From: Mobula hypostoma
Lineage: Eukaryota
Length of the DNA: 64,000 nt
Assembly (NCBI RefSeq): GCF_963921235.1
Contig: NC_086097.1
Coordinates: forward strand, 97,032,001 to 97,096,000
Reading direction: 5' to 3'
A model generated the notes under the pieces. It was not told where the DNA came from and searched no databases. It was given only the letters and a program-made list of their open reading frames with translations. The translations under genes were made by a program, and so were the position numbers. Shown piece by piece: positions 13,098-26,331 of the stretch (position 1 is its first letter; every line of letters starts with the position of its first letter).

Positions 13098-13788
13098 TAG
13101 ATTGGATTATTAGATGAAATTAGATTATGAGGACACACAGTCCTCTTTTATTGTCATTTAGTAATGCATGCATTAAGAAATGATACAATGTTCCTCCAGA
13201 ATGATATCACAGAAACACAAGACAAACAAACCAAAACTGAATAACTGACAAAAACCACATAATTATAACATATAGTTACAACAGTGCAAAGCAATACTGT
13301 AATTTGATAAAGAACAGATCATGGACACGGTAAAAAAAAGTCTCAAAGTCTCTCGAAAGTTCACGCAGACGGTAGGAGGGAAAAAAACCTCTCCCGGCCA
13401 TGAACCTACAGCGCCGCAAACTTGCCGATGCAGTAGCTTGGAAGCACTCGACCACAGCCTACTCTTCAGTCCGTCCGAAAACTTTGAGCCTCCGACCAGC
13501 CCTCCGACACCGAGCACCGAGCACCATCTCTGCTGAGCACTTCGACCCCGGCCCCGGCAACAGGTAATAGGCAATGCCGAGGATTTGGGGCCTTCCCCTC
13601 TTGTGATTCTCGATTGCACAATAGCAGCGGCAGTGAAGCAGGCATTTCAGAAGTTTCTCCAGATGATCCTCCATGCTTCTCACGTCTGTCTCCATCAAAT
13701 CAGGATTGTGCACAGTACCTACTTAACAAATACCTATATCATTTCAGAGCAGCAACGCGCGCTGCATCGCGCCACCATCTTCTCCTCC
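13098..13788 (-). mobile_element. Non-autonomous LINE-derived / SINE-like element
   Basis: Non-coding. Minus-strand 5' end GGAGAAGATGGTGGCG; 3' end AATAAA plus a TAATC-like tail. Near-TSD caatagat 13090-13097 / caatggat 13789-13796. Confidence 0.6.
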
Positions 13789-14869
13789 CAATGGATGTCC
13801 AATCTCACGAAGAATATCTAACCTACAGATTCAAATACCTGTTTTAATAGATGTCAAGACCAAGAATGAACCAGAGCACAGAAGTATATAATCAGTGCAT
13901 ACTTCTTCCACCCTTTCCATAGGCTAAAATGATAGCAACCATCTCAGACGTGAATAGTGATAATTCGTCTGACGATCTTTTCCTAAGTATATTAAACAAC
14001 CCAAGATTTCGTGCACACTCATCTCCCATCTACCCAAATCTGAAGATCTTATTAATGCATTGCTTCCAACACTCTACTAATGTTGCCAATACTGGATGAC
14101 CAACTTTATGTCCTCTTATGTTAACACAATAAACTATTTCTAACTGTAATCTGTGTAGGTGTAAAGGTATTTCACCCATTTCTACAGGCAATGCCGAAAT
14201 TGGGGATGATTTCATAGCACCACAACATAATCTCGATTTTTGACCTTGAACTTTATCTAGGGGCTTTAAGACCACTGGCGAGCCTGACACATAAGCAACA
14301 CACCCATAATCAAAAATAGATCTGATTAAAGCAATATACATTTGTTGAAGTGACCCCTACTCTGACCCAATCACGCCCAACGAAGCACCTGAGCACATTA
14401 AGGGCTCTTGTACACTTCTCTGGGATTTTATTCACATGTGCCTTCCATGTTAGCCTTGTGTTCATCTACATACCTAGAAAATTCACTACTGATGCTTGTT
14501 TAAAAATTAACTTATAACTTGAGATCAATTGTGGGTGTAATGTTTCTTTTAGAAAAAACAAATAATTCGAGTCTTCGCAACAGAAAATTTAACCCCCAAC
14601 CCCACTGACATCCCCAGTCCTCTACTTAATAAATAGCTGCCTATATTTTCCTAACTATATCAATTATATTCCTGCCTCTCTTTCACACTGCACCATCAGC
14701 ATATAACGATTTGGAAATGTCCGAGCCAACATTTAAAAAAATATAATTAATCATAAAATTCATAAAGTTAAAGAGACTGTTGAATCCATTTGACTATCTC
14801 ACACTCCTTAGAGAATGTTGTTCCCATCCTAACTTGTATCTTCCTATCACATAAAAATATTGAATTCAA

Positions 14870-15660
14870 ATGAACATTCTACCATCTATGCAAGTGGAAC
14901 AAGCACCTGCCCCTACACCTCCCCCCACACCTCCCCCCTCACTACCATTCAGGGCCCCAAAAGGCTCTTTCAGGTGAGGTGACACTTCACTCTTGAGCCT
15001 GTTGGTTTCGTCCATTGTATCTGGTGCTCCCAGTGTGGCCTCCTGTAAATTGGTGGACCCGACATAGTTTGGGAGACAGCTTCGGCGAGCACCTGGGGCC
15101 AAAAAAACGGGATCTCCCTGTGGCCACCCATTTCAATTCCACTTCCCATTCTCATTCCAACATGTCAGTTCATGGCCTTCTCTACTGTCGCGATGAAGCC
15201 ACGCTCAGGTTGGAGGAGCAACACCTTATATTCCGTCTGGGCAGCCGCCAACCTGATAGCATGAACATCAATTTCTCAAACTTCCAGTGATTACCCCTCC
15301 CCCCTCTTCACCATTCCCCCATTCCGGTTTCCCTCTCTCATCTTATCTCCTCAGGTGTCCGTCACCTTCCTCTGGTGCTCCTCCCACTTCCACCCTCTCC
15401 TATCAGATTACCCGTCCTCCAGTCCTTCATCTCTTTTACCAATCACCTTCCCAGCTCTTCACTTACCCTCTTCCCCCTCCCGGTTTCACCTATCACCTAC
15501 CACCTTGCACTTCTTCCTCCCCTCCTCCCACTTTCTTCGTCCATTTTCTCAGTCCAGATGGAGGGTCTCGGCCTGAAGTGTCGACCATTTACTCTTTTCC
15601 ATAGATACAACCTGGCCTGCAGAGTTCCTCCAGCAGTGTGTGTGTGTCTGTGTGTTGCAT
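14870..15660 (+). mobile_element. Penelope-like 3' fragment (GIY-YIG plus terminal repeat)
   Basis: DLPVATHFNSTSHSH...LRLEEQHLIFRLGS, with a decayed hammerhead at about 15551-15587. Confidence 0.8.
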
Positions 15661-17669
15661 TCTACCACCTATTCCCATCTTTTTCAGTCTAAGCAGCAAT
15701 CTTTGTACCCATAATATATAATATGGGTTCTCTACATCAAAGAAAACTCTACCACTGATTCTTTATTAGCTTGGGCCTTACGAATATCGGATTACAAACT
15801 TAACACCAAATCCCTGGTCATTCTCCCGTTACGAAATCCAAACTGCTACACAGCTGATTTTCCATTCCTTTCCACAAAAAGAAAGCCATTATCTTACATA
15901 CACGTGAAGTGAACGAAATAGGTATTTTACTAGAAGGATGTAATTGATCCTTACCAGGTCTCAGTATAGGGTTAACAACCGCTAACTTCCTGGAAGCAGA
16001 AAATCGCCCTTTAGCCAATCTTGTATCAAAGAATTTCAAAACCAGCGCAAGCTTTGAATACGATAACTGTGTAAACATATTGAAACAAATATCATCTTTC
16101 CCAGGTGATCTTTGATCAGCACTATTAATATCCCTTTTAAGTTCAGACAGTGTAAATTCGATATCCAAGCAGGAACTGGAACATTCTTTTTTCTCGCTGT
16201 TTTCCTATTCGTCCTTTATTTACTTAAGTTGACCGAACCATGTACACTGACATAGGTTTTGCTAATAATTCGCCTTTTCCTCAGAGCCAATAATCGTACT
16301 CTTCTCCCCACCATGCATCAAGTTTTCTAACTTTGTCCACTTTCTGTATCATACCCAAAGCTTCTCCTACCTGGACCTCTTTCCCAACGCTACCACTGTA
16401 CGCTCTTTAATACATTTTCTTTGCCTTTCTCACTACTCTTCTAACTATAGCTTGAGCTCTTTTATATTATATGAAAGACGAACAGGCGTAACACTGCCTA
16501 ACTTTTCTAAAGATTTATTCTGCTCCTTCACAGCTCTTTTACATCCATCCACCCACCAGGGAACAGCTTTCCTTTTATTATCTCTCAACCATCTGGGAAC
16601 GGATCCCTTAGATCTTGAGTTGCGTACAGAGTACGAGTTATTACAGGTGCTGGAAATCTACAGCGATACACACAATGTGCTGGAGGAGCTTAGCAGGTTA
16701 GGCGGCATCTATGAATGGTAATAAGCAGCCAATGTTTCAGGCCGAGACCCTTCATCAGGACAGATATTCCTACTCAACTTGATCTCCTCCAAAACCAAAT
16801 GATCGGGAAATCTACTTTCACATAAATCATTAAATACATCCCAATTTGTCTGTTTAAAATTCCATCTGGAAATAGGAATAATATGATACACACCTATTCC
16901 CATTGTACAAATACCGGGGAGATGATTACTCGTCACTGTCGTATCATTATACATCCCAGTTAAGCAGACTTTTATATATCCTCAGATACCAGCGTAAGGT
17001 CTATAGCAGAATGAGTGTTGTTAAATAGTTTTATCCTTGTACCTCTACCAGCATTCAAACACACCAAATACTTCTCTCCCAGATAGGCTTCCAACACCGC
17101 CCTATTTATATTTGTGTCACTACAAACCCATATCGTACTATCAGCAACACCGTATAACCTTACATTTCCCCCCATTTCTGCTCATACTTAATAGTCGGCG
17201 TTTCTGGCCGAGATCAGGTCAGGAAAGGAAGGCCGAAGAAGCCAGATTATGTCACAACTACTGACTCTGCATGAAGTCCGGGCGCCCTCGCAGACGGGCA
17301 GCTAAAATGAGTCGGCAATCACGCTCACGAGAATGTATGTTCCAGTAAATTGGGGTATTTATATCCTTTCGTTTCAGTCATTATCAAATTTTGAGCAGAA
17401 CACGAGACAGCAACGCTCCCTGCTTGCCTTATTCCACATTCCGGGAAAAAAGACCACAATTTAGATTGACGCTGAAAAGCAGCGGAATTTATTTAGTATT
17501 ATGTTCCAGCTTCCGAGCAGCAGTGTCGGCGTTAAATTTTTAGTTGGGGGTTTCAGTTAACGATCCTGTTGGTCTAACATTTATTACTTTCCTTTTGTTC
17601 TGCCTAGTTCCTATAAAGATTTAGTTCATTCCGCGTTCGTGTCTCTCGATCCGCACTTGGGCCATCACA

Positions 17670-18495
17670 GGGTGGGGTAGGGCCGGAGTACAAGCTGGCA
17701 GGTGATAGGTGAAACCAGGTAAGGGGGATTGTGGGTAGGTGAGTGGGACAGGGGAGATGAAGAGATCAGCTGGGCGTGACAGGTGGAAGAGGTAAAGGGG
17801 TGCTGAAGAAGGAATGTGATGTCAGAGAACATGGGTCATGGGGAAAAGGGTAAGGAAGTGGGACACCAGAGGGATATAATGGGCAAGCGAGGAGAAGGGA
17901 AGGGGTAAGAGGGGAACCAGGGTGGGGATGTAAAATATGGAAGAGAGGGACAAATCATCGGAAGCTGAAGAAATCGATGTTCATGCCATCGGGTTGGAGG
18001 CTACCCAGACGGAATCTGAGGTGTTGCTCCTCCAAACGGAGAGTGGCCTCATCATGACCGCATAGGAGATCATGGAATGACATGTGGGAATGGGAATGGG
18101 AATGAGGAGCAGAAATAAAATGAGCGGTCACCGAGAAAATCATACTTTTTTGTGGAACGGCCGAAGGTTCTCGACGAGGCCGTCCCCAGATCTACGTCGG
18201 GTCTCACCGATGTAGACGAGGCCGCACCGACCTAAGTGGGCAACCCCGAAAGACACACAAGTGAAGTGTTGCCTCGCCTGGAAGGACTGTTTGGGGCTCT
18301 TAATGGTATGAGGGGGGAGGTGTAGGGGCAGGTGCAGCAGTTGTCCCGCTTGCCGGGAGGATACGTACCCCGGAGGAAGATCAGCGGGAAGGTAAGAGAG
18401 GACAAGAAAGTCAGGTCGTGAGCGAATCCTGCGGAAAGCGGGAGGTGCGGGGGTGGGGGGAACAATAGGGAAAGACATGTTTAGTGGTAGGATCC
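17670..18495 (-). mobile_element. Penelope-like GIY-YIG fragment
   Basis: SFQARQHFTC...CGLVYIGETRRR and LRLEEQHLRFRLGSLQP. Confidence 0.8.
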
Positions 18496-18574
18496 TACAG
18501 TAGACCCCACCGCAACCCAGACTTGACATGGCGACGACACAGCAAAAATAACAAATTCACTTCCAAGCTTGTGA

Positions 18575-19065
18575 TGTCGTGCTGCCCATGCCACGTGCTA
18601 GTGAGGCCAGAGATAAGAATATCATGCAGTCTAACTCCTGGCTAATGAGTTGGTCTAGGAGGGAGAGCATAACATTTCTGGATCATCGGTCTCGCTTCCA
18701 GGGAAGTTGGGACCGGTACAGAAGGGATGGTTTGCACCTGAAATGGAGGGGGGACTAATATCCTAGCGGGAAGGTTTGCTAGTGCTGCAAGGTGGGGTTT
18801 GAACCAGACTTGCAGGGGGATAGGAACCAGAGTGGCAGAACAGTTAGTGGAACGATTGTTAACACTTCAGACTAAGTCCAGAACCAAAAGTGCGACTACT
18901 GTCCTATTAAAAGAAGTTTGGATAGGTACATGGACGGTAGGGGTGTGGATTGGTATTGTCCCGGTGCAGGTTGATGGGAGTAGGCTGGTTAAATCGTTTG
19001 GTACGGACTAGATAGGCCAAATGGCGTGTTTCTGTGTTGTACTGTTCTATGACTCTGTGATTCTG
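18575..19065 (+). mobile_element. CR1 ORF1 esterase fragment followed by a CR1 3' tail
   Basis: FLDH...YRRDGLHL...TNILAGRFA on the + strand. CR1 tail at about 18900-19065. Confidence 0.65.
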
Positions 19066-20486
19066 TAACTGCAGGCCCGTTTCACGTTGAATTTTAAACG
19101 TTTCATTTATCCATATGCAGTTGAAATAATTTATATTACATCAGTCAATGTAAGTTCCAGGTTGTACCTAATTGTCAGAGAGAAGGAGACGTGGGAATTG
19201 CTATTTATGCACTACCTCCTATTGACATAGGGAAGGATAATCAGGTAATTAGGAAAGGCACGTCTGATTTTGTAATCTGAATTGAATATTGCCTCCTTCC
19301 AAGTTCTTCGTGGGCGATGCGCCCATTTTCCAGTTACAAGACTATTGCGGCCGGGCTACATTTTAATTGGCCACTATAATTTGCATCTAGTGTAAGTGAG
19401 TGGTACACTAATAGAGTACAGGGAAACTAGTTGTGGGATTGGTAGGGTTTCTCAGTCAGATAGCAGAAACTCGCTGGACCGAATTATCCTCCAACATGTA
19501 AGATTTTTTCTATCTAATGCTGGGAAAATCGGTTTTCCAGAAGAATAACATTTAGCTCTATTAATTATCGGCATAATTTCCCGAATCTTCTTTAAACTCG
19601 TGCATTTTATTGAGTAGACAAAAGACGCGGACCTCGGGATTGGTACGAGAATGCTGAAATACTATCGTTGGAGGTATCAACCCTACATTCATTCAGGACC
19701 GAACACCAACTACCAGGAGTAAGCAGCCACGGTGCGCAATGGTTAGCCCTTAAGCCTTCAATGGAGAGGTGACATTGGGAGCAGTTCGAACAGTTCACCG
19801 TCGAATGGCCCGGCGAAACAATGTGTACAAATGTTATTTTTTGATTAGGAGCACCGAGTTCTGTACTTCGTCGATCTAAATGCATACAGTACTTATTAAT
19901 TCGCTACAATTCGTGTCATCAATTTGTTTCTCTGTGACCTTCCTCAACCAAAATACTCAAGGCAAGATGCCTTTTACCTCCGTGGCACATCCGACTAACT
20001 GACTAACTCCGCAGCCCGGCTATCTTATGTGTGTCTTAACATCGTACAGCTTGCAGAGAAGGACATGACCATCTTGGAGTAACAGTCTATCGTGCTATAA
20101 TTTGAAATCAGTGCAATAACAATGCAAGACCTCAGGTCAGGTCAATTCCCATTATTGTCAATTTGTCAGTAAATCATAATAATTAACATACAATTTTGGG
20201 ACTGAGTCATCTTAGATGAGCCGCGGAAAAGCCGCAAGAGAGCGCACTACAAAAACACTCAAAGTGTGGTTTAGAAGCTGGAGTAAGGTTGGGCGGGATA
20301 GCGATGTTCGGGGCTGGTTTCATTAGTGGAGTATTCCACATTCATGAACGTGAACAGTGGAACTATATTATAGATCTTATAGATTCTATAATAACAAATA
20401 GAGAATATCTGAAAGGGATACTAATATCAGCACATCAAATAAGAATAATTGCATTCTGTGGTTTCGAAGGAATGGTGGAATATAAC

Positions 20487-21935
20487 CAAGAGAAATTAGG
20501 GATAGTATCAATTCCAAAGAAGAAGCATACAAATTAGCCAGAGAAAGTGGCTCACCTGAGGACTGGGAGAAATTCAGAGTTCAGCAGAGGAGGACAAAGG
20601 GCTTAATTAGGAAGGGGAAAAAAGATTATGAGAGAAAACTGGCAGGGAACATAAAAACTGACTGCAAAAGCTTTGATAGATATAGTGACTAACTGACTAG
20701 TAGAGTGGATAGGGGAGAACCAGTGGATGTGGTATATTTGGATTTTCAAAAGGCTTTTGACAAAGTCCCACACAGGAGATTAGTGTGCAAACTTAAAGCA
20801 CACGGTATTGGGGGTAAGGTATTGGTGTGGGTGGAGAATTGGTTAGCAGACAGGAAGCAAAGAGTGGGAATAAACGGGACCTTTTCAGAATGGCAGGCAG
20901 TGACTAGTGGGGTACCGCAAGGCTCAGTGCTGGGACCCCAGTTGTTTACAATATATAGTAATGACTTGGATGAGGGAATTAAATGCAGCATCTCCAAGTT
21001 TGTGGATGACACGAAGCTGGGTGGCAGTGTTAGCTGTGAGGAGGATGCTAAGAGGATGCAGAGTGACTTGGATAGGTTGGGTGAGTGGGCAAATTCATGG
21101 CAGATGCAATTTAATGTGGATAAATGTGAAGTTATCCACTTTGGTGGCAAAAATAGGAAAACAGATTATTATCTGAATGGTGGCCGATTAGGAAAAGGGG
21201 AGGTGCAACGAGACCTGGGTGTCATTATACACCAGTCATTGAAAGTGGGCATGCAGGTACAGCAGGCGGTGAAAAAGGCGAATGGTATGCTGGGATTTAT
21301 AGCGAGAGGATTCGAGTACAGGAGCAGGGAGGTACTACTGCAGTTGTACAAGGCCTTGGTGAGACCACACCTGGAGTATTGTGTGCAGTTTTGGTCCCCT
21401 AATCTGAGGAAAGACATCCTTGCCATAGAGGGAGTACAAAGAAGGTTCACCAGATTGATTCCTGGGATGGCAGGACTTTCATATGAAGAAAGACTGGATG
21501 AACTGGGCTTGTACTTGTTGGAATTTAGAAGATTGAGGGGGGATCTGATTGAAACGTATAAAATCCTAAAGGGATTGGACAGGCTAGATGCAGGAAGATT
21601 GTTCCCGATGTTGGGGAAGTCCAGAACGAGGGGCCACAGTTTGAGGATAGAGGGGAAGCCTTTTAGGACCGAGATTAGGAAAAACTTCTTCACACACAGA
21701 GGGTGGTGAATCTGTGGAATTCTCTGCCACAGGAAACAGTTGAGGCCAGTTCATAGGCTATATTTCAGAGGGAGTTAGATATGGCCCTTGTGGCTACGGG
21801 GGTCAGGGGGTATGGAGGGAAGGCTGGGGTGGGGTTCTGAGTTGGATGATCAGCCATGATCATAATAAATGGCGGTGCAGGCTCGAAGGGCCGAATGCCC
21901 TACTCCTGCACCTATTTTCTATGTTTCTATGTTTC
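20487..21935 (+). mobile_element. Young CR1 copy, 5'-truncated and internally deleted
   Basis: ORF 20705..21709 is nearly identical to the 9417 and 51983 ORFs, with the same tail. Confidence 0.95.
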
Positions 21936-22374
21936 AAATCAATGTGGTTATAAGATCAACCTAACCCTTACCTCTTACAACACCTCCCCCTCCATTTTTC
22001 TATCATCCATTGCCTATATAAGAATTCCTTAATGTATCTGCGTCTACCAACTAAGGTAGGCGCCAGTGTTCCCATCCATACTTTTAATTTTTCTGTGTGC
22101 ACACAAACTGTCACCATTTGGCAGTCGATGAAGTCTGGAACCTACACTCCAATCCTCTCCACCCAGCTCCTGCCCCCTCCCCAACACCTGCCTCAGTTAA
22201 TGCAAATTAAAAGCTGGCCGTGGGGACTTCAACAACCTGGTACATAATAACGTATGATACAGACTCAGGAGTAGACCAGTCGGCCAGTCACCTTTGTCAT
22301 TCAACAAATCATTACTTCATAGTTTCAGTTTCATATCCAACTCTGCCCATTCTGCTTGGTATTTTATACTTTAA

Positions 22375-24750
22375 ATGTCCACCCCGATCTCGGACAATGA
22401 CATAGTCAATGAGATACCACTGTTTAGATCGGAGGTGCTGCCAGGGGGCCTTGAATTAATTTTTCTAGCGCAAGAAAGTGTTCCTCGTGGTGAGGTCGTG
22501 GTGGTCGGCACATATGGTGAAAAAGTGGTACTCCATTTGAGATTATGTTACCAGGACATTTCTTTCCTATGGTTCCTTTCCAAGTTTTAAGTCCTGAACA
22601 ATACTGGCATTGAAGTCCCCAAAAGAGAATTTGCTTATATTCCCAGGGGATGCTCGACAGTGTCGTGTTTAGTTAAGCTGGCAGGGTAGCAGGCCTCTTT
22701 TTCATAGTCATGTGAGACTAGATTTGATGCACAAGTATTCACTGAGGTTGCAAGCTGGTTGTTGTCAAGCACCAATGGATCATCATTAGACGTTCCCACG
22801 GGACGCTCAGATAGTTGCCTACATGTTTGTTCTTTATTGCAAACTCAGCATCGTGGATCCTGAGTTCGTCATCTGCCTTCCCTTTCCAGAAAAAAAAGTA
22901 TAAGCACCCTTCTCCTCTTTCAGCTGCCCTTCGTGTGCGAGAAGGGCTTCAGAAAGAGGAAGTAGATCAATTTCAGTTCTCTAGCAATGATCGCTGTCTT
23001 TCTCACTGGATGTACTATCCACCGGAGTACACACACTCTATGCTCCAAAGGTCACGTTTCATTGTTTCCAATGGCAAATGACAATCGCTGTGGACACGAT
23101 AATCCAGTCATACGGTTTCGAGGCAGACTACTTTAGGGCACCTTCTTCAGACCCTTCCCTGAGTGGCGTGACCGGAGTGGATCCGAAATAGGATATACTG
23201 CCGTTATGATGTGATTGGCACAGATGACTGCTGGACACATCATCGCCTCATCCACTCCACCATGTCCATTGAACTCATGAAAAAGAGGAGGGTTCATAAG
23301 AAGCAGACCAGGCCAAGACAAAAACTTGCAAGCGTTTGCTTGACCTTGTCACCCAACAGCACCATTAGGTGTTGTTTGGGGAAACCTCCAGTGGGAATAT
23401 CAGGATGAAATCGGAGGACATGGATCTACTTAAATCCACCATCCGTAATACCTACTGAAACATCTTTGGGAACAAGCCCAGAAAACAGCAGGATTGGCTT
23501 GATGACAACGGCATTGAGATAGAACAACTCGTCTCCAGGAAATGGAAAACATTTTGTGCCTGGCAGAGTGACATTAGCAGTGAGGCCTGAAGAGAAGCTT
23601 TCACGAGAGCCAAGGTGCACGTCCAGCGAAGGGTGAGGAAACTTAAGAATTCTTGGTGGACTGCTAAAGCCCTGTAAAACTAGAGTCTGGAAGACTCTGG
23701 TGATACTAAAGGCTTATTCAGTGCCACCAAAGTAGCCCATGGTCCAAGTTTCTCTGTATTTAACGACGGGAAGAACTTGCTAAAGGATCGGGAGAATATC
23801 TTTCTAAGCTGCGCCGGTGTGCGGGCGCACAGTGACTGAAATGCTCTCGCGCACATAGCCTTAGATGTCGCGCAGCTGGTATTTTCTCTTATATAACTTA
23901 AACATAAAATGCCGTGCAGTTTTCAGGCTGTGTAAAAAGTTCCTGAACTACGCAGATGTAAAATTAAAAAAGGGGGAACGTTGATGGAAAGAACATTTTC
24001 ACAAACCTCTTAACCACAACCGCACTGCAGAACCAGAGGTTAGTAACCCACCAAATCCTCCGGAGACCTGTGAGAGAAGCCATGGGGATCCTCCCAATAT
24101 GAAAGTGGTCCATGATGCCATCAGGAGCCTGAAAGTCTACCAAACCAGTGATCGTGATGGGATCCCAGCAGAGATCTTCAAGGAAGGCGGACTACCACTC
24201 CCATGTCAGATACACGCCCTTCTCTCGAAGGACTGTGAAAAGGAACTACTGCCCCGAGCTCCGGGGTGTTCTAATAGTGACCATATTCAAGAAGGAAGAC
24301 AAGGTAGATAGAGGCAACTACAGAGGCATCTCCTCCTGTCAGCAACAGGCAAAGTGCATGTATCTGTGTCAATCTACTGCTTCTGCTTGCACGATATGAA
24401 GGACTCCCTGAATCATATTGTGGTTTCTACCCCTCTAGAGGTACCGCAGACATGATATTTACAGAGCCCCAATACAGGAGAAATTCCGTTAACAAATGCA
24501 ACCGATGTACTTGGCTTTCTCAGATTTAGCAAAGGCATTTGTTACAGTAGACCAACATGCTATTTTACGAATACTGAGGCTACTGCATGATAACATGTCA
24601 GCCACAGTACTCAGCAAAGTGGGTCTGAATCAGATGCCCTTGATATCAAGACGGGAGTCAAACGGGGCTGCATCATTGCCACCCTATTTGCCACCTTTAT
24701 TGAAGCCATCCAGCACTTTACTGGACAAGACCTGCCACAGGGGATCTCAA
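22375..24750. mobile_element. Degenerate RTE-clade LINE with inverted 5' segment
   Basis: 22375-23140 on - encodes the RTE endonuclease (ERKTAIIARE, GQLKEEKGAYTFFWKG, FGDFNA, WQHLRSKQWYLIDYVIVRD). 23190-24750 on + continues with DDCWTHHRLI, GIPAEIFKEGG, NYRGIS and FSDLAKAF. Confidence 0.75.
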
Positions 24751-24764
24751 TGAACAACAAGCTC

Positions 24765-26140
24765 TATCAAATCTCCCTTCACTCTCCTACCCCCTGAGGA
24801 ATACAGTCTGAACCTGTTTATTTTCCCCTATAACTCAGGTCCTCAGGTTCCGGTAACAACCATGTGAATTTTCTCTGCACTCTTTCAGACCTATTGCTGT
24901 CTTTCCTTTTGGTACTGTATATGACCAGAACTGCATCCAACACTTCAGATTACGCCTCAGCAACGTCTTTCAGAACTGCAAGATAATATCCCAACTCCTG
25001 TACTCAATGGCTTAATTTATGAAGCCCTGTGTGTCAAACGCTCTCTTTGAGATCCTATCTACCCGTGTCGCCACTATTAAGGAATTATGGATTTCCATTT
25101 CCGGATCCCTCTGTTCTACCACCCTCCTCGCCGCCGTGCGACTCACTGCGGAAGTCCTACCCTGGTGCGACTCCCAAAGTGCGACATCTCACAATTGTCT
25201 GTTTTAAATTCCATCTGCTATTTTTCAGACCATTTTTCCATCTTGTCTAGATCTCGCTGCAAGCCAGGACAGCCTTCCTCGCTGTCCACTGCACCCCCAG
25301 TCTTGGTGTCATCTGCAAACCTGTTGAGCCAGTTTAGCTCATTATCATCCAGAACGTTGTTGTAGTTGTAAAACAACAACGGACCCAGCACCCACCCGTC
25401 TGACACGACACTAGTCACAGGCCGCCAGTCAGAGAGGCAACCATTTAGAACCACATCTCCCATGAATCAACATCTAATCCATTTTACTACCTCATCCTGA
25501 GTGCCAACCGACTGAACCTACTTGACCAACCTCCCATAGGGACATTGCTAAGGCCCATGAAAGGCCCACTGCTTTTCATTGATCAACCTCCCTGGTAGCT
25601 TCTTTGAAAAACTCTAAGTTTGATTACGTAGGACCTACCACTCACAAAGCAGGTTGACCTTCCCTAATCAGTCCCTTTCTATCCAAACACTCATATATCC
25701 GGCCCCTTAGAATACTTCACAATAAATTTTCCACTACTTTTGTCAGGCTCACGGGCCTATAATTTCCTTAAAACATAAACAAAATGCTGGAGGAACTCAG
25801 CAGGCTAGGCAGCATCTAGGAAGGGTTCCGGCCCTAAAGGTCGACTGTACTCTTTTCCTAGATGCTGCCTGGCCCGCTGAGTTCCTTCAGCATTTAGTGT
25901 GTGTTTCTCAGATTTCCAGCTTCCGCAGATTTTCTCATCTATAATTACCTGGTTTATTTTTAAAGCCTTTCTTAAACAAGAGAACAACATCAACTATCTT
26001 CCAGTCATCTAGCACCGCACCCGTGGCTAAGGACGTTTTAAATATCTCTGCCAGGGTCCTGGAAACCTCTGCGCCAGCCTCCGACAAAGACCGAGAGAAT
26101 GTCTTGTCAGGCCGTGGGGATTTATCCACCTTTATTTACT
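24765..26140 (-). mobile_element. Degenerate CR1 RT fragment
   Basis: DKSPRPD..., LGPLLF...RFADDTK motifs. Interrupted by the 25782-25895 inverted repeat. Confidence 0.7.
25782..25895. repeat. Inverted repeat of Penelope terminal sequence (arms of about 41 bp)
   Basis: aaatgctggaggaactcagcaggctaggcagcatctagga ... tcctagatgctgcctggcccgctgagttccttcagcattt. Confidence 0.8.
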
Positions 26141-26331
26141 TTAAATTATGACATTGCAGTTTGTAATATTTTAACGTGCTTAAAATATGACCACAATTCA
26201 CTTGGATGTAAGACTAGAGCTACTTTTTGCAAAAACAAAATATTCTCGAACATAATATAACTTTCTTCCCTGGCCCCACGCCACTAAAGCGGGATAACCT
26301 TGCAATATCTGTATTCCGCAAAGCTGTCAGC

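Larger units (their letters stand above)
8860..17190 (-). mobile_element. Fragmented Nimb/I-clade LINE (APE-RT-RNase H-CCHC), interrupted by four younger insertions
   Basis: Minus-strand pieces in correct order: APE (..LNAGRGT..SAIDLTLVS, 16972-17175); RT (SPGKDDI..PILRPGKD..PISFTSRVCKIM, 15818-16168; YIALIRSIFDYGC, 14030-14341); RNase H (VAAHVGIEGNEVTDILAK, about 12997-13055); C-terminus (RLQIG..ETVQHKLFEC, about 9160-9280); 3' end gcagtaatgcacctta near 8900. Confidence 0.75.

Noticed and set aside
19728..19792. Possible tRNA gene (ggtgcgcaatggttagc ... gttcgaac)
   Set aside because: No cloverleaf pairing or acceptor stem. At most a decayed SINE head.
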